A DNA stretch of 63,865 bases, the filler included, from Octopus bimaculoides (taxonomy: Eukaryota): the NCBI RefSeq assembly GCF_001194135.2. It is 4 parts of 4 records of this genome, joined end to end, with 100 filler letters (N's around TTAATTAATTAA, not from the genome) between each part and the next. Parts side by side here need not be neighbours in the genome. Positions count along the whole stretch, not along the records: positions 27,047 to 47,561 come from NC_068982.1; positions 47,662 to 61,101 come from NW_026305254.1; 2 more parts are not named here. The stretch is one strand, 5' to 3'. Numbering within the stretch: position 1 is the first letter of the stretch; every line of letters begins with the position of its first letter. A program made the translations under genes and the position numbers. Shown here one piece after another: positions 38,600 through 50,467 of the stretch. The notes under the pieces are model-generated. The model had not been told where the DNA came from. It was given only the letters and a program-made list of their open reading frames with translations, and searched no databases.

Positions 38600-39500
38600 G
38601 AAAATTTTCAATATGGAAATTAATAAAATGATACTAATCTAAAAAATAAAAGTCATTATGAAAAAATAATATCTTAAGAAAGTTTTTATTGACGATCGAA
38701 AGTACCTCCAGTAGATTGAATCTAATAATGAAATAGTAACAATAAAAATGCAAATCTGACCATCACATATTTATGAAAAAATCAAACAAGGACATCATAA
38801 TCACCAAGTTAATTGACAGAATATATGTATGCAGAGGTCACATTATCTAAAAAGAAATATGAACACTACATCACACCTTTTCATTTTGGGAGATCAATGC
38901 CCATGAAAACAATGTGGAAAACAAATATACAGATGCACACAAAAGAAGAGGAGTATTTCTCAAACCTCAATAGATTCAAGAATAAAAACCTGTCATTTAA
39001 AAAGAGTAGCAGAAACAAATATCTCTGAAGTAGAAACCAACAAGAAATACGGTATCCGGATCCAGAAGAAGCCTTAAATAAGAGATCTTTGCAAAGGACA
39101 TGTGATTAGGAAAATGTGACAACTATTCCTTGAACAAAACAAACATTTCGACTCCTACATGAAACAAGTTTATTAAGAATTAGCTAAAAATAAGTAAACG
39201 TAAAATGAAGGCAGCACAAATAGTAGGAGATGTAGAAGAATTCTAAAAAGAGCGTTACACCAAAGGAATCACCAGGGACGAGATAGGTCAAAATAACAAG
39301 CTCAGTACCTGAAAACTGAGAAAGCGTATGAATTCCCGAGACAACCCAGAGACGTAAAGACTTGAGATTATGGAATTCACGAAGTGATAAAATCTCTAGC
39401 ATTTCACCAACACACGTCATGCATTCGAAATATATATAAGCTTTAAAAGGATAAGCAACTTCATTGCTTTTAGTTGCTCAGTACCTGCCAATCGGGAATA
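38600..39500 (+). mobile_element. Possible highly decayed APE-type LINE ORF2 remnant
   Basis: A-rich strand bias and a frameshifted FILGD-NAH motif near 38880; no other motif clearly recognised. Confidence 0.3.
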
Positions 39501-39685
39501 TATCTAGAGTTGTGATATAGTTCCAGGCTTTTCATACACTAGCAATTATACCACATGATAAAATACCAACAGAAACATGTTTATTCGTGCCTTCCCTGCA
39601 CAGTCGAATTTGTGTAGACATACATACATACATACATACATACACACATACATACATACATACATACATACATACATACATACAC

Positions 39686-39717
<32 letters not shown>

Positions 39718-39964
39718 GGAGTCTGTACAATACAGACTAAGATGTTGATCGAACCAGTTTCCTGATAGATTTTGCTACACAATCATTGCATCACACACAA
39801 TCTGTTAATGAAACACAAATTCACTGATGAATTGCACCTAGTCTAATTGGCATATTTCTGAGATTGTATATACTTAGTAACCTCATATTTTTAGAAATAC
39901 ATGTAAATAAAATTTTACATGCTCACATATACATGCAAACTATACATACATACATATATATACA

Positions 39965-40092
<128 letters not shown>

Positions 40093-40865
40093 GGTACATA
40101 CACACATACATGCATACATGTATACATACATATATACATACATACATACACACATACATGCATGCATGTATACATACATACATATATACATACATACATA
40201 CATATATACATACATACATACATATATACATAGAGAGTGAGAGACAGATTGAGTGTTTCGATAATTTGCTTTTACTTTTCAACCCACACTCTAAATTATC
40301 GTACGATTCAATTAAAATACCATTTAATTAACGTTGATATTTTAAGGAATTAAGCACGTGACCACTACTTTAATGAAGCTTCCAGTTATGTTTCAACTTT
40401 CCTGTGTAACATGGTGTTTAAGCAATTAATTTGAAGAAATTATCTGAAAAAGAATCGATATGAAAACATTCTCTGCCAGAAATTATGATAGATATATAAA
40501 TGCATATGTACATGCACTTCTCCAAGTGCACCCAATAAAAGCAAAAATCTTGTGATAGGTTGTTGGATATAAGTAAAGCGATCGATGAGCCTTATTTTTC
40601 AATTGGCTATTTAGTTCCAGTTTGCGATCGAAGAAGATTCTCTTTATGCAAAACCTGTGTCACACAATCTGGGGATATTTTATTTTTAAATATGAATTTC
40701 AGGTTTACTTCTAAATATGAAAACAATATAGTAGAAATCTAATTAATTAAATATTGATTTCTTCTCGTTATATACAAGTCCTTCAATTTATCTTCCAGTA
40801 TAAAACAATCCTCAATATCAACATATCAGCAACTTCATTACAGCCGTGAACATGTATATGTGAGT

Positions 40866-40909
<44 letters not shown>

Positions 40910-41646
40910 GCGTGCGCGCGTGTATGTATATATGTTATATATAAGTATACAAACATTTCACTACACACATAGAAAGCGTGAAAGCGAGCAAAGAGAGATA
41001 ATCAAGAGGAAATATAGAAAGAGAAAAAAATGAGGGTAATGATGTTTAAAAATATGAGTGTAATTCATTTTGGGAATAGCTAAAGTTAATTACACTACCA
41101 TCGCATTCAATGCTTGCAAATGTTTCAAACATTCTTAATTTCAAAATTTGTTACTCAACACAACGAACCTGATGTCATCTCCAATTTAGATGTCAGCATG
41201 CATAATGTATACTTAGCTTTTAGTATTTCAAAAACACAATTATGGCTTCTATTTTCAAAATAGCAATTCTCTGAATATGACTTTTATTAGCAGATGTCAG
41301 ATCTTTAAGCATGCACTTATATTCTTAACAAGATCGTAGATAATATGTCTGATTAAAAGAAAGAAAAAAACGCATACTTGATAAAAAAGAATGTTCAAAA
41401 CTGAACAATGCAATACAGACATTGGTTGACTTTACCTCTGACTCTACTGCCGTATAATATGCAACGATTTGATGAACAGCTTGCCTAAAATAAAATATCA
41501 GATTTGAAAATATCTAAAATTGGCTGCAATTGGACAATTTGGAGGAAAGCTAGACGGGACAGGTGTAAAAAGTGAGATCTGCTAATATCTTTGTTGAAAT
41601 ACCTGAAGCTAAACTAAGATGTCTCTATTATTATATACATACACAT

Positions 41647-41687
<41 letters not shown>

Positions 41688-41876
41688 CAGACAGATAGAT
41701 AGATAGACAGTCAGACACACAGTTATTCCATGTTCACTAGTGCAAATTAGCTGTACTCGGCCGCTTAAAATAAAGAATTCAAAAGTAAGTCTATGAGTGG
41801 ATAAAATATTTAATTCATAATAAGTCCGACAAAATATATTTTGTTTCAGATATGGCTCTTCAATATACACGCGCGT

Positions 41877-41910
<34 letters not shown>

Positions 41911-41964
41911 GAAATATTAACCCACTTACATTTTATAATGTAAATAGCAATGTTATAAGTAGCA

Positions 41965-42140
41965 ATCTTAAACCTAATAGTTCACTAGCCGAACATTTTC
42001 TTTTACTTAAATCCTAGAACATCAACCACGGATTTAAATGGTCTATTCTGGATAAAGCCCAGCTCTGTAAGTGTAATACGAGTCTATGTACTATACATGA
42101 ATGAAAGTTTATTTTCAAGAACTATATGAATGAAAACGGT
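41965..42140 (+). mobile_element. Penelope-like GIY-YIG C-terminal remnant
   Basis: SSLAEHF...NINH..KWSILDKA...LC..E*K resembles the ST.LS.H..W.IL.RA...C.LC..EK tail of PLE endonucleases. Confidence 0.5.
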
Positions 42141-42225
42141 TAGCCTTACAAGACATTCTTACTTTATTTTATCAAACGGTCTACTTATTTATTTTTATCG
42201 ATTCAACTATATATTTACACAAGGC

Positions 42226-42590
42226 TGGGACCACGAGCCATACATCCCCTGCCCAATTCAGGATCACAACATATAGGTACGTTGCGGCATAATTTTTTTT
42301 CCTCAACAGACCCTGCCCTGTTTAACATTGTCCCGAAACAGATAAAAGAGGAAAAGGATCCTATCAGCTTTAAACGGAGTCTAGACAGATTTCTTCAAGG
42401 AGTACCAGACAAGCCACCCATACCTGGATAAAACTCACTCAATAAGAACTCACTACTTGAATGGACCATAGACAAAACTTGACTGTAAAACGGATTTAGA
42501 TAATCCTATCAGGTGGTGCTATTAAGTTAGACGTGGCCTGGACCAATCTTTGGTCGAAACATATCTAAGTTTTATCTAAGTTTTATATTC
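42226..42590 (+). mobile_element. CR1-like LINE 3' end; second copy 60796-61082 (-)
   Basis: RHNFF..GPALFNIVPKQIKEEKDPISFKRSLDRFLQGVPDKPPIPG..NKNSLLEW-type C-terminus; 3' UTR stem GACCAA-TCT-TTGGTC and repeated TATCTAAG tail; the two copies are clearly homologous. Confidence 0.75.
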
Positions 42591-43024
42591 TGTCCGAATT
42601 TAACTCATTTCATTCCTTTCTTTTGCTACCATTCTCAAAATCCTAAACTTTGCTGAATATTATTTCATACAACCTTTTTCACATCTTATTAGTCTATTTT
42701 ATGTATTCGTGCCTCATGTAATCTCATCGTACACTTATACCGAGCTAACGATTTATGTGTGTGTGTGTGTGTGTGTGTGAGCGGGTGTGTGTGTATGCGT
42801 ATGTATGTGTGTATGTAAGTGTCTGTATGTATGCATGCGTGTATTTGTGTGTATATGTATGTGTATTTAGTATATATGTGTCTGTATTTATGCGTATGTG
42901 CATGTACAGATGTTTATATGCGCCTCTAGACGTGTATTATATTTGTATGTTTGTATGTGTATATATGTATATGTGTATATATTGCAATATACATACCTGT
43001 GTATATATACATGTATGTATATAC

Positions 43025-43063
<39 letters not shown>

Positions 43064-44084
43064 NNNNNNNNNNNNNNNNNNNNNNNNNNNNNNNNNNNNN
43101 NNNNNNNNNNNNNNNNNNNNNNNNNNNNNNNNNNNNNNNNNNNNNNNNNNNNNNNNNNNNNNNNNNNNNNNNNNNNNNNNNNNNNNNNNNNNNNNNNNNN
43201 NNNNNNNNNNNNNNNNNNNNNNNNNNNNNNNNNNNNNNNNNNNNNNNNNNNNNNNNNNNNNNNNNNNNNNNNNNNNNNNNNNNNNNNNNNNNNNNNNNNN
43301 NNNNNNNNNNNNNNNNNNNNNNNNNNNNNNNNNNNNNNNNNNNNNNNNNNNNNNNNNNNNNNNNNNNNNNNNNNNNNNNNNNNNNNNNNNNNNNNNNNNN
43401 NNNNNNNNNNNNNNNNNNNNNNNNNNNNNNNNNNNNNNNNNNNNNNNNNNNNNNNNNNNNNNNNNNNNNNNNNNNNNNNNNNNNNNNNNNNNNNNNNNNN
43501 NNNNNNNNNNNNNNNNNNNNNNNNNNNNNNNNNNNNNNNNNNNNNNNNNNNNNNNNNNNNNNNNNNNNNNNNNNNNNNNNNNNNNNNNNNNNNNNNNNNN
43601 NNNNNNNNNNNNNNNNNNNNNNNNNNNNNNNNNNNNNNNNNNNNNNNNNNNNNNNNNNNNNNNNNNNNNNNNNNNNNNNNNNNNNNNNNNNNNNNNNNNN
43701 NNNNNNNNNNNNNNNNNNNNTATATATATTCTCTGTATATATGTAAATAGAAGCATACATATATGTAAACGCGCGCGCATATATATATATATATATATAT
43801 CAAAGTTGACATTTATAGCCCTGTGTTGTACAAATTATGAACGATCTCATTTAACTGATATATGAACAGAGTTTCGTGCAGTCCCTAAAGTCCTATAACG
43901 AGAACTTCTTTCATTTTGTTAATGTATCAACATCGAAGATTCATTCATTAATTTTCTCTTTACACATCGAATTGTTGTAATAAAGTCCTCACTGTTCCAT
44001 TAATCTGGTGTTTTTCTCGCGTTACGTTAGCGCAGGCGTGTCATAAAGCATTGAAAGAAACATTGAAGTTTATACTCTATCCCT

Positions 44085-44192
44085 CCTTCTCCTTCTGCCT
44101 TTCTTCCCCTTCTACCTCCTCCTTCTCCTTCTGCCTTTCTTCCCCTTCTACCTCCTCCTTCTCCTTCTGCCTTTCTTCCCCTTCTACCTCCT
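44085..44192. repeat. Perfect 36-bp pyrimidine-rich tandem repeat x3
   Basis: CCTTCTCCTTCTGCCTTTCTTCCCCTTCTACCTCCT starting at 44085, 44121 and 44157. Confidence 0.95.
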
Positions 44193-46289
44193 CCTCCTCA
44201 TCATTACTAAATCACGTCCATTTTTGAATTATTTGATATATGCTTATGAGTGTGATTCTCTCTGATAAGGTCGAGGCGACATTGTGTGTGGAAATGCGAA
44301 CGTATATGATGGCTACCGCTTCTGTCTCTGCTACTGTTGTTATTGTTGTTGGTGATGTTTTCGATGCTGTAGTCGGCTTTGTTGCTTATGTTTTTATTTC
44401 TGCTGTTGTTTTTGTTGATGTAGAGACTTCCTTTTGTCTCTGTAATACAGGTGGCGTCAATTGTGCAACTGGAGTACAGTGTGTCATGTTGTGTACTTAT
44501 TTAAGATAGTGGAGGTTTAGAAGTTTCTCACTCACTAAGCGCAAGTAAACGAGGGAGTCACATGACAGCCAACTCTTGAGCACATCACACTACGTCTTAA
44601 ACACATTACACACTTTAGTCCATAAAATACATATAAAAAAAAACATGTTAGTTATGGCTGAGGTGATTCAATCAGTGCAGATGTGGGAGTAAAATAATAG
44701 CAGCAACAGCAACAAGTGCATTAACTACTATCTCAACACCACTATGACCATCAATGAGAGCAGCAACGTAGGTACATGACTGGAAAAGTAAGAAATGAAA
44801 TGCAAATTCCTATCTATTACTCTCTATTATCTGCCATTCACTTTCTGTAATCGATGAGAAGTATATTTGGCATTATGTGAATGCTAGTAGATTCTCCCCA
44901 AAGTGAATATCCATCACCTCTCGTATTAAGTATACAACGATAAGAGTCCAGTATCGCCTTAAAGAAAACATTAGTGTGTGGAGAAGCAATACTCACCCAA
45001 TAACAGACATCTTTAAGCAAGTTAGTCATTGTTCTTCGCTTTTGTTGAATATGTTGTTGTTTAGCTCCCAGTCAGCTTTTGGTAATCAGACATATAAACA
45101 AGTACATTTCCAGCTACAAATCACGTCAAAGCAGATATATAAGTCGGTGGAGTTGAAGTATGGTACACTTGTGTGCTGTTTCTTCCTTGCAGTTATATGG
45201 ATCATATAGTGAGTTCCTTGTCAGATGAGGATATAGTAATATATTCATAAATTTTGTGAGTGTGTAAATTTCGGTTACGCATCAAACATTTGAGTGTATT
45301 TCTACCAGCAAAGCTGATTTCCGATTCATGTGCACAAAATATCAAATTAGTCAAGAACCAGTGAGGTAACATCTGAAAGAGGCACATGATATGTTACAAA
45401 TAGTAGGCAAACCAACATCAAATCGCATCCCACTGATTTAAAATACGGAAGTCCTCATTAGAGTTGGCAGTCCTTGTTACACCATTTCTGCACATAGATA
45501 AGCCAGTCATGATCAGAATGTCTTTATTTAAAGAAAGATTTCTTTAAAACATGTAATCAAACTCCAGCCAAATGAATTTCGTGTCTGTGTGTACGAGAAA
45601 GAAAGAATGGAAAAAAAACAGAAAGAAACACTGAAACAATGAAATGAGGAAGTCAAGGAGAAGGAATTGAATTTTTATATACAAGAGAGAGTGAGATGAG
45701 TAGATGTGTGTAAGGAGTGAAGGGATGTGTAAATAGAAAAGGAGACAGACAAATGAAAGCATTGATGCTCATGATCCTAAACACTGAGTGTATGCAGGAT
45801 TGTATTTACGTGCTTTTGTGCACATGAGGTAAGTGAGACAGTAAATAAATATGCATGGGAGACGATAAATGTATCATTTTAGCAGGGGTAGTATGCATGA
45901 AGCAAGGTGTGCGTATGTGCTTATACGTACATATATATAATTCCAAAACAAAGAAGAATAGGCTATGATAAATTAATTTTGCAAATGTTACATTGAGAAA
46001 GATACACCTGCCCAGAATTATGATATATGTGAGCAGTAAGTATGCGCACAAATATACATACGCATATGAATATACACTTATAGAATAATGTACAAAAATT
46101 ATATACCCATGCATGCAATTACATACACAAATGCAGTGAAATACAGAAACACACGCGCGCACATATACACACACATATTCACATATGTGAATATTATATA
46201 TATATATGTGTGCGTGTGTATATTAATATATACATACATATTCTTAAATGTATGTATATATAAATCTACATTCAAACTCTCTTTTACAA

Positions 46290-46500
46290 AGAAGACGAAG
46301 ACGGGTGTGTAAACAACAAACAGATGTATAAGTTTAACGCTCGAGAAGTGAGAGTCTTCTACGTTTCGAGCCTACGCTCTTCGACAGAAAAGAACACAGA
46401 AAGAAACAAGGAGAGAAAATAAAAAAAGGTTTAGTGACTAGCGATCTATCATGGCGAATGCTGGACAGAGGGGTCACACAGGAGAGCAATGTATACATAT
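46290..46500 (-). mobile_element. Non-coding repeat (PLE pLTR/retrozyme-like) carrying a minimal hammerhead-like motif; other copies about 25495-25629 and 47030-47200
   Basis: Three homologous copies share GACAGG..AAACAAC...TATTAGTTT.ACGCTC.G.AA...ACGTTTCGA.C...GCTCTTC.ACAGAAA on the + strand. Confidence 0.7.
46354..46392 (-). ncRNA. Minimal type I hammerhead-ribozyme-like fold with non-canonical core CUGUCGA
   Basis: Minus strand: cUUUU-CUGUCGA-A-GAGC(GUAG)GCUC-GAAA-CGU-A-GAAGAC; perfect 4-bp helix II, palindromic ACGU helix III, U-rich/purine helix I; activity untested. Confidence 0.55.
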
Positions 46501-46662
46501 CTGTATCTTTTATCTTATACTCGTTTCAGTCGTTAGACCGTGGCCATGCTGGGATACTGCGTTGAAAAGAGGGAGAGAGATAGAAAGGAAAACGAAGAAC
46601 GGCTAGAAATAGCAGTCACCTCTCTCTCTCTCTCACTCTCCCTCTTTCTCTCTCTTCCTCTC

Positions 46663-46706
<44 letters not shown>

Positions 46707-47988
46707 GCTCCCTTTCTCATCTGCACGCTATGTCTAACCCGTGGTCAGCCTTATTTTGTTTTGTCTCTGTTTTTACACCAGTCGTATGTTTTCTAGTATC
46801 CCATATCCACCTGTCTCGTTGTCTCTTGACCTGCTGTTTCCAGTCCTTTAGGATTTCCCCCTAAGTGTTACCCAAACTTCCTTTTCATCCAGCCTTACGG
46901 CTACATTCTACTTTTTTTAAAAAATTATTTCGTTTTTGTCCCTTGTTTCTCCACTAACGGTCTCGTCATGAATTACATTCATTTTTGCATTTATATATAT
47001 ATACCTGGTTCAGATATAAAAGAAAAGATAAAATGAAATAAAACAGAAAACAAGGACAGGTAAAGGAACAACAAACAAGGAGTATTAGTTTAACGCTCAG
47101 AAAAAACGCAAAAGTTTTTTGACGTTTCGAGTCTAAGCTCTTCAACAGAAAGAAATGAGGAGAGAAAACGGAGACAGGAAAACGGAGAGAAAAAGCGCGA
47201 CTGGATTAATCGTTTCACATATCAAATTGACTGACGAGATATGGTTGCATGGAAGGTAAGATAACTACCTGTGTGAGAGCAAGCGCGTGTTTCTATAGGA
47301 GGATTTATGTAGAGTATAGGTGTGTATCGGCGAGCGAGTGTATATGCATGTATGAGCAAGCATAAGATTATGCGAGTGTGTGTATGTGCGTGTGTGTGTG
47401 TGTGTATACGTATGTCTGTAAATATGTATATATATATATATATATGTATGGGTGTGTGTATGTGTGTGAATGTCTGTAAATATGTATATATGAATAATTT
47501 TAATTTTATATATATACTATTTTTTATCTTTTATATTTTATTTATATATATATATATATATNNNNNNNNNNNNNNNNNNNNNNNNNNNNNNNNNNNNNNN
47601 NNNNNTTAATTAATTAANNNNNNNNNNNNNNNNNNNNNNNNNNNNNNNNNNNNNNNNNNNNTTCAACAGATGTTAAGACTAAATCCTGCTCCTTTAGGCC
47701 TTCCATACATTTCGATACTCCGAATTGAAAGTGGAAATGGTAAGACTGTATGGAATGCGTGAGGGTAATATAAAAGTGATTGGAGTGTTGGGTTCAATCC
47801 CATTCAAACTTCAAGACTTCTTAAAGGCAACTGGAAACCCCTTGCAAGATTGATGTCTTGCAAAAAGCAACCTCATTGGGCACAGGGCACATCTTGAGGA
47901 AAGTATTATCTACCTGAGGTCCTTGTTGTGGCTTGGGAGATGACCTAAAGACTCCGGTACATTTTTACCTACACTGTGCTACGAAGGG

Positions 47989-48019
<31 letters not shown>

Positions 48020-48987
48020 CAATCCTTTTTACTATAGGCTCAAAGCCTGAAATTTGGGGGAGGGGACTAGTCGATTACATGAACCCCCCCACCCAGTGTT
48101 TCACTGGTACTTAATTTATCGACCTTGAAAGGATGAAAGGCAAAGATGACCTCGGTGGAATTTGAACTCAGAACTTAGCGACAAACAAAATACCACCAAG
48201 CATTTAGGCCAGGGTGCAAACGATTCTGAAGAAAGAAAGAAAGAAAGGAGAAAAGAAAGGAAGAAAGGAGAAAAGAAAGGAAGAAAGAACGAAAGAAAGG
48301 AAGAAAATAGAAAGATAAAGTGAGAATAAAAAAAGAAGGTGAAAGGAAAAAGAAAGAAAAAAANNNNNNNNNNNNNNNNNNNNNNNNNNNNNNNNNNNNN
48401 NNNNNNNNNNNNNNNNNNNNNNNNNNNNNNNNNNNNNNNNNNNNNNNNNNNNNNNNNNNNNNNNNNNNNNNNNNNNNNNNNNNNNNNNNNNNNNNNNNNN
48501 NNNNNNNNNNNNNNNNNNNNNNNNNNNNNNNNNNNNNNNNNNNNNNNNNNNNNNNNNNNNNNNNNNNNNNNNNNNNNNNNNNNNNNNNNNNNNNNNNNNN
48601 NNNNNNNNNNNNNNNNNNNNNNNNNNNNNNNNNNNNNNNNNNNNNNNNNNNNNNNNNNNNNNNNNNNNNNNNNNNNNNNNNNNNNNNNNNNNNNNNNNNN
48701 NNNNNNNNNNNNNNNNNNNNNNNNNNNNNNNNNNNNNNNNNNNNNNNNNNNNNNNNNNNNNNNNNNNNNNNNNNNNNNNNNNNNNNNNNNNNNNNNNNNN
48801 NNNNNNNNNNNNNNNNNNNNNNNNNNNNNNNNNNNNNNNNNNNNNNNNNNNNNNNNNNNNNNNNNNNNNNNNNNNNNNNNNNNNNNNNNNNNNNNNNNNN
48901 NNNNNNNNNNNNNNNNNNNNNNNNNNNNNNNNNNNNNNNNNNNNNNNNNNNNNNNNNNNNNNNNNNNNNNNNNNNNNNNNNNNNNNN

Positions 48988-49119
48988 TTACCAACCACAT
49001 GGTTCCGGGTTCAGTCCCACTGTGTGGCACCTTGGGCAAGTGTCTTCTACTATAGCCTCGGGCCGACCAAAGCCTTGTGAGTGCATTTGGTAGACGGAAA
49101 CTGAAAGAAGCCTGTCGTA

Positions 49120-49150
<31 letters not shown>

Positions 49151-49350
49151 GTTGTGTATCTGTGTTTGTCCCCCCAACGTCGCTTGACAACCGATGCTGG
49201 TGTGTTTAGGTCCCCGTAGCTTAGCGGTTCGGCAAAAAGAGACCGATAGAATAAGTACTAGGCTTACAAAGAATAAATCCTGGGGTCGATTAGCTCGACT
49301 AAAAGGCGGTGCTCCAGCATGGCCGCAGTCAAATGACTGAAACAAGTAAA
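48988..49350 (+). mobile_element. SINE family B with internal (TA)/(TG) tract; other copies 52540-52830 (+), 59745-60095 (+), 23815-23957 (+), 50550-50660 (+), 36950-37040 (-), 50325-50420 (-), 57105-57190 (-), 57530-57685 (-)
   Basis: Shared GGTTCAGTCCCACTG..GGCACCTTGGGCAAGTG...GGTAGACGGAAACTGAAAGAAGCC and CTTGACAACCGATGCTGG...GATAGAATAAGTACTAGG...CAGCATGGCC blocks. Confidence 0.85.
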
Positions 49351-49788
49351 AAAAATAAATAAATAAAAATAAAAATAAAACGATGGAAGAAAGAAAGAAC
49401 AGGAATGAAGGAAGAAGGAAGAAGGAGAAAAATACCTGGTTCTTTAAAAGACCCCGGATGGGGAAGGAAATGGAATGAAATACCAAAGAGGAATGTTAAA
49501 AGAGAAAGAGGGGGGAGGGGGAGGGGGGGAAAGTATGATGCAGAAGAATTCCTTTGTAGTGTCTAAGTTTAGCTTGGTTGGTGGCTGTTGGTTGAGTGAT
49601 GAGATACGGGGTGGAGGGAAAGGGCCGACAGGGTATCAGGGAGGCAGCCTAGAGAGAGGTGTGTACAGATGTATATTTGGATGTGTGTGTATACATATAT
49701 GTATGTATATATGTGTGTGTGTGTGTGTGTGTGCGCATGTGTGTGTGTATATATGTATGTATGTGTGGTGTGTATTTGTATATATGTC

Positions 49789-49831
<43 letters not shown>

Positions 49832-50015
49832 TCGTCGAAACGCCGGTGTTAAAACGTGGGTAGCTGAAGAAGTAGAATGTTCTCTATGTGGCTCGTGTGT
49901 TCTCGTCTACGTTTGTGTGCAATGTCCTGTACCCAGATATGCACCTATACATACAGGTGGATGTCGGTATGCACATACCTGTACGTATATATGCATATAC
50001 TCATTTACTTTTGTT

Positions 50016-50070
<55 letters not shown>

Positions 50071-50422
50071 NNNNNNNNNNNNNNNNNNNNNNNNNNNNNN
50101 NNNNNNNNNNNNNNNNNNNNNNNNNNNNNNNNNNNNNNNNNNNNNNNNNNNNNNNNNNNNNNNNNNNNNNNNNNNNNNNNNNNNNNNNNNNNNNNNNNNN
50201 NNNNNNNNNNNNNNNNNNNNNNNNNNNNNNNNNNNNNNNNNNNNNNNNNNNNNNNNNNNNNNNNNNNNNNNNNNNNNNNNNNNNNNNNNNNNNNNNNNNN
50301 NNNNNNNNNNATATGTATATACAACAGGCTTCTTACAGTTTCTGTCTACCAAATCCATGCATAAGGCTTTGGTCAGGTGGAGGCTATAGTAGAAGGTACC
50401 ATGCAAAGGGACTGAACCCAGA

Positions 50423-50467
<45 letters not shown>

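Noticed and set aside
49510-49529. G6-A-G5-A-G7 run with G-quadruplex potential
   Set aside because: Short purine-rich low-complexity tract with no functional context.
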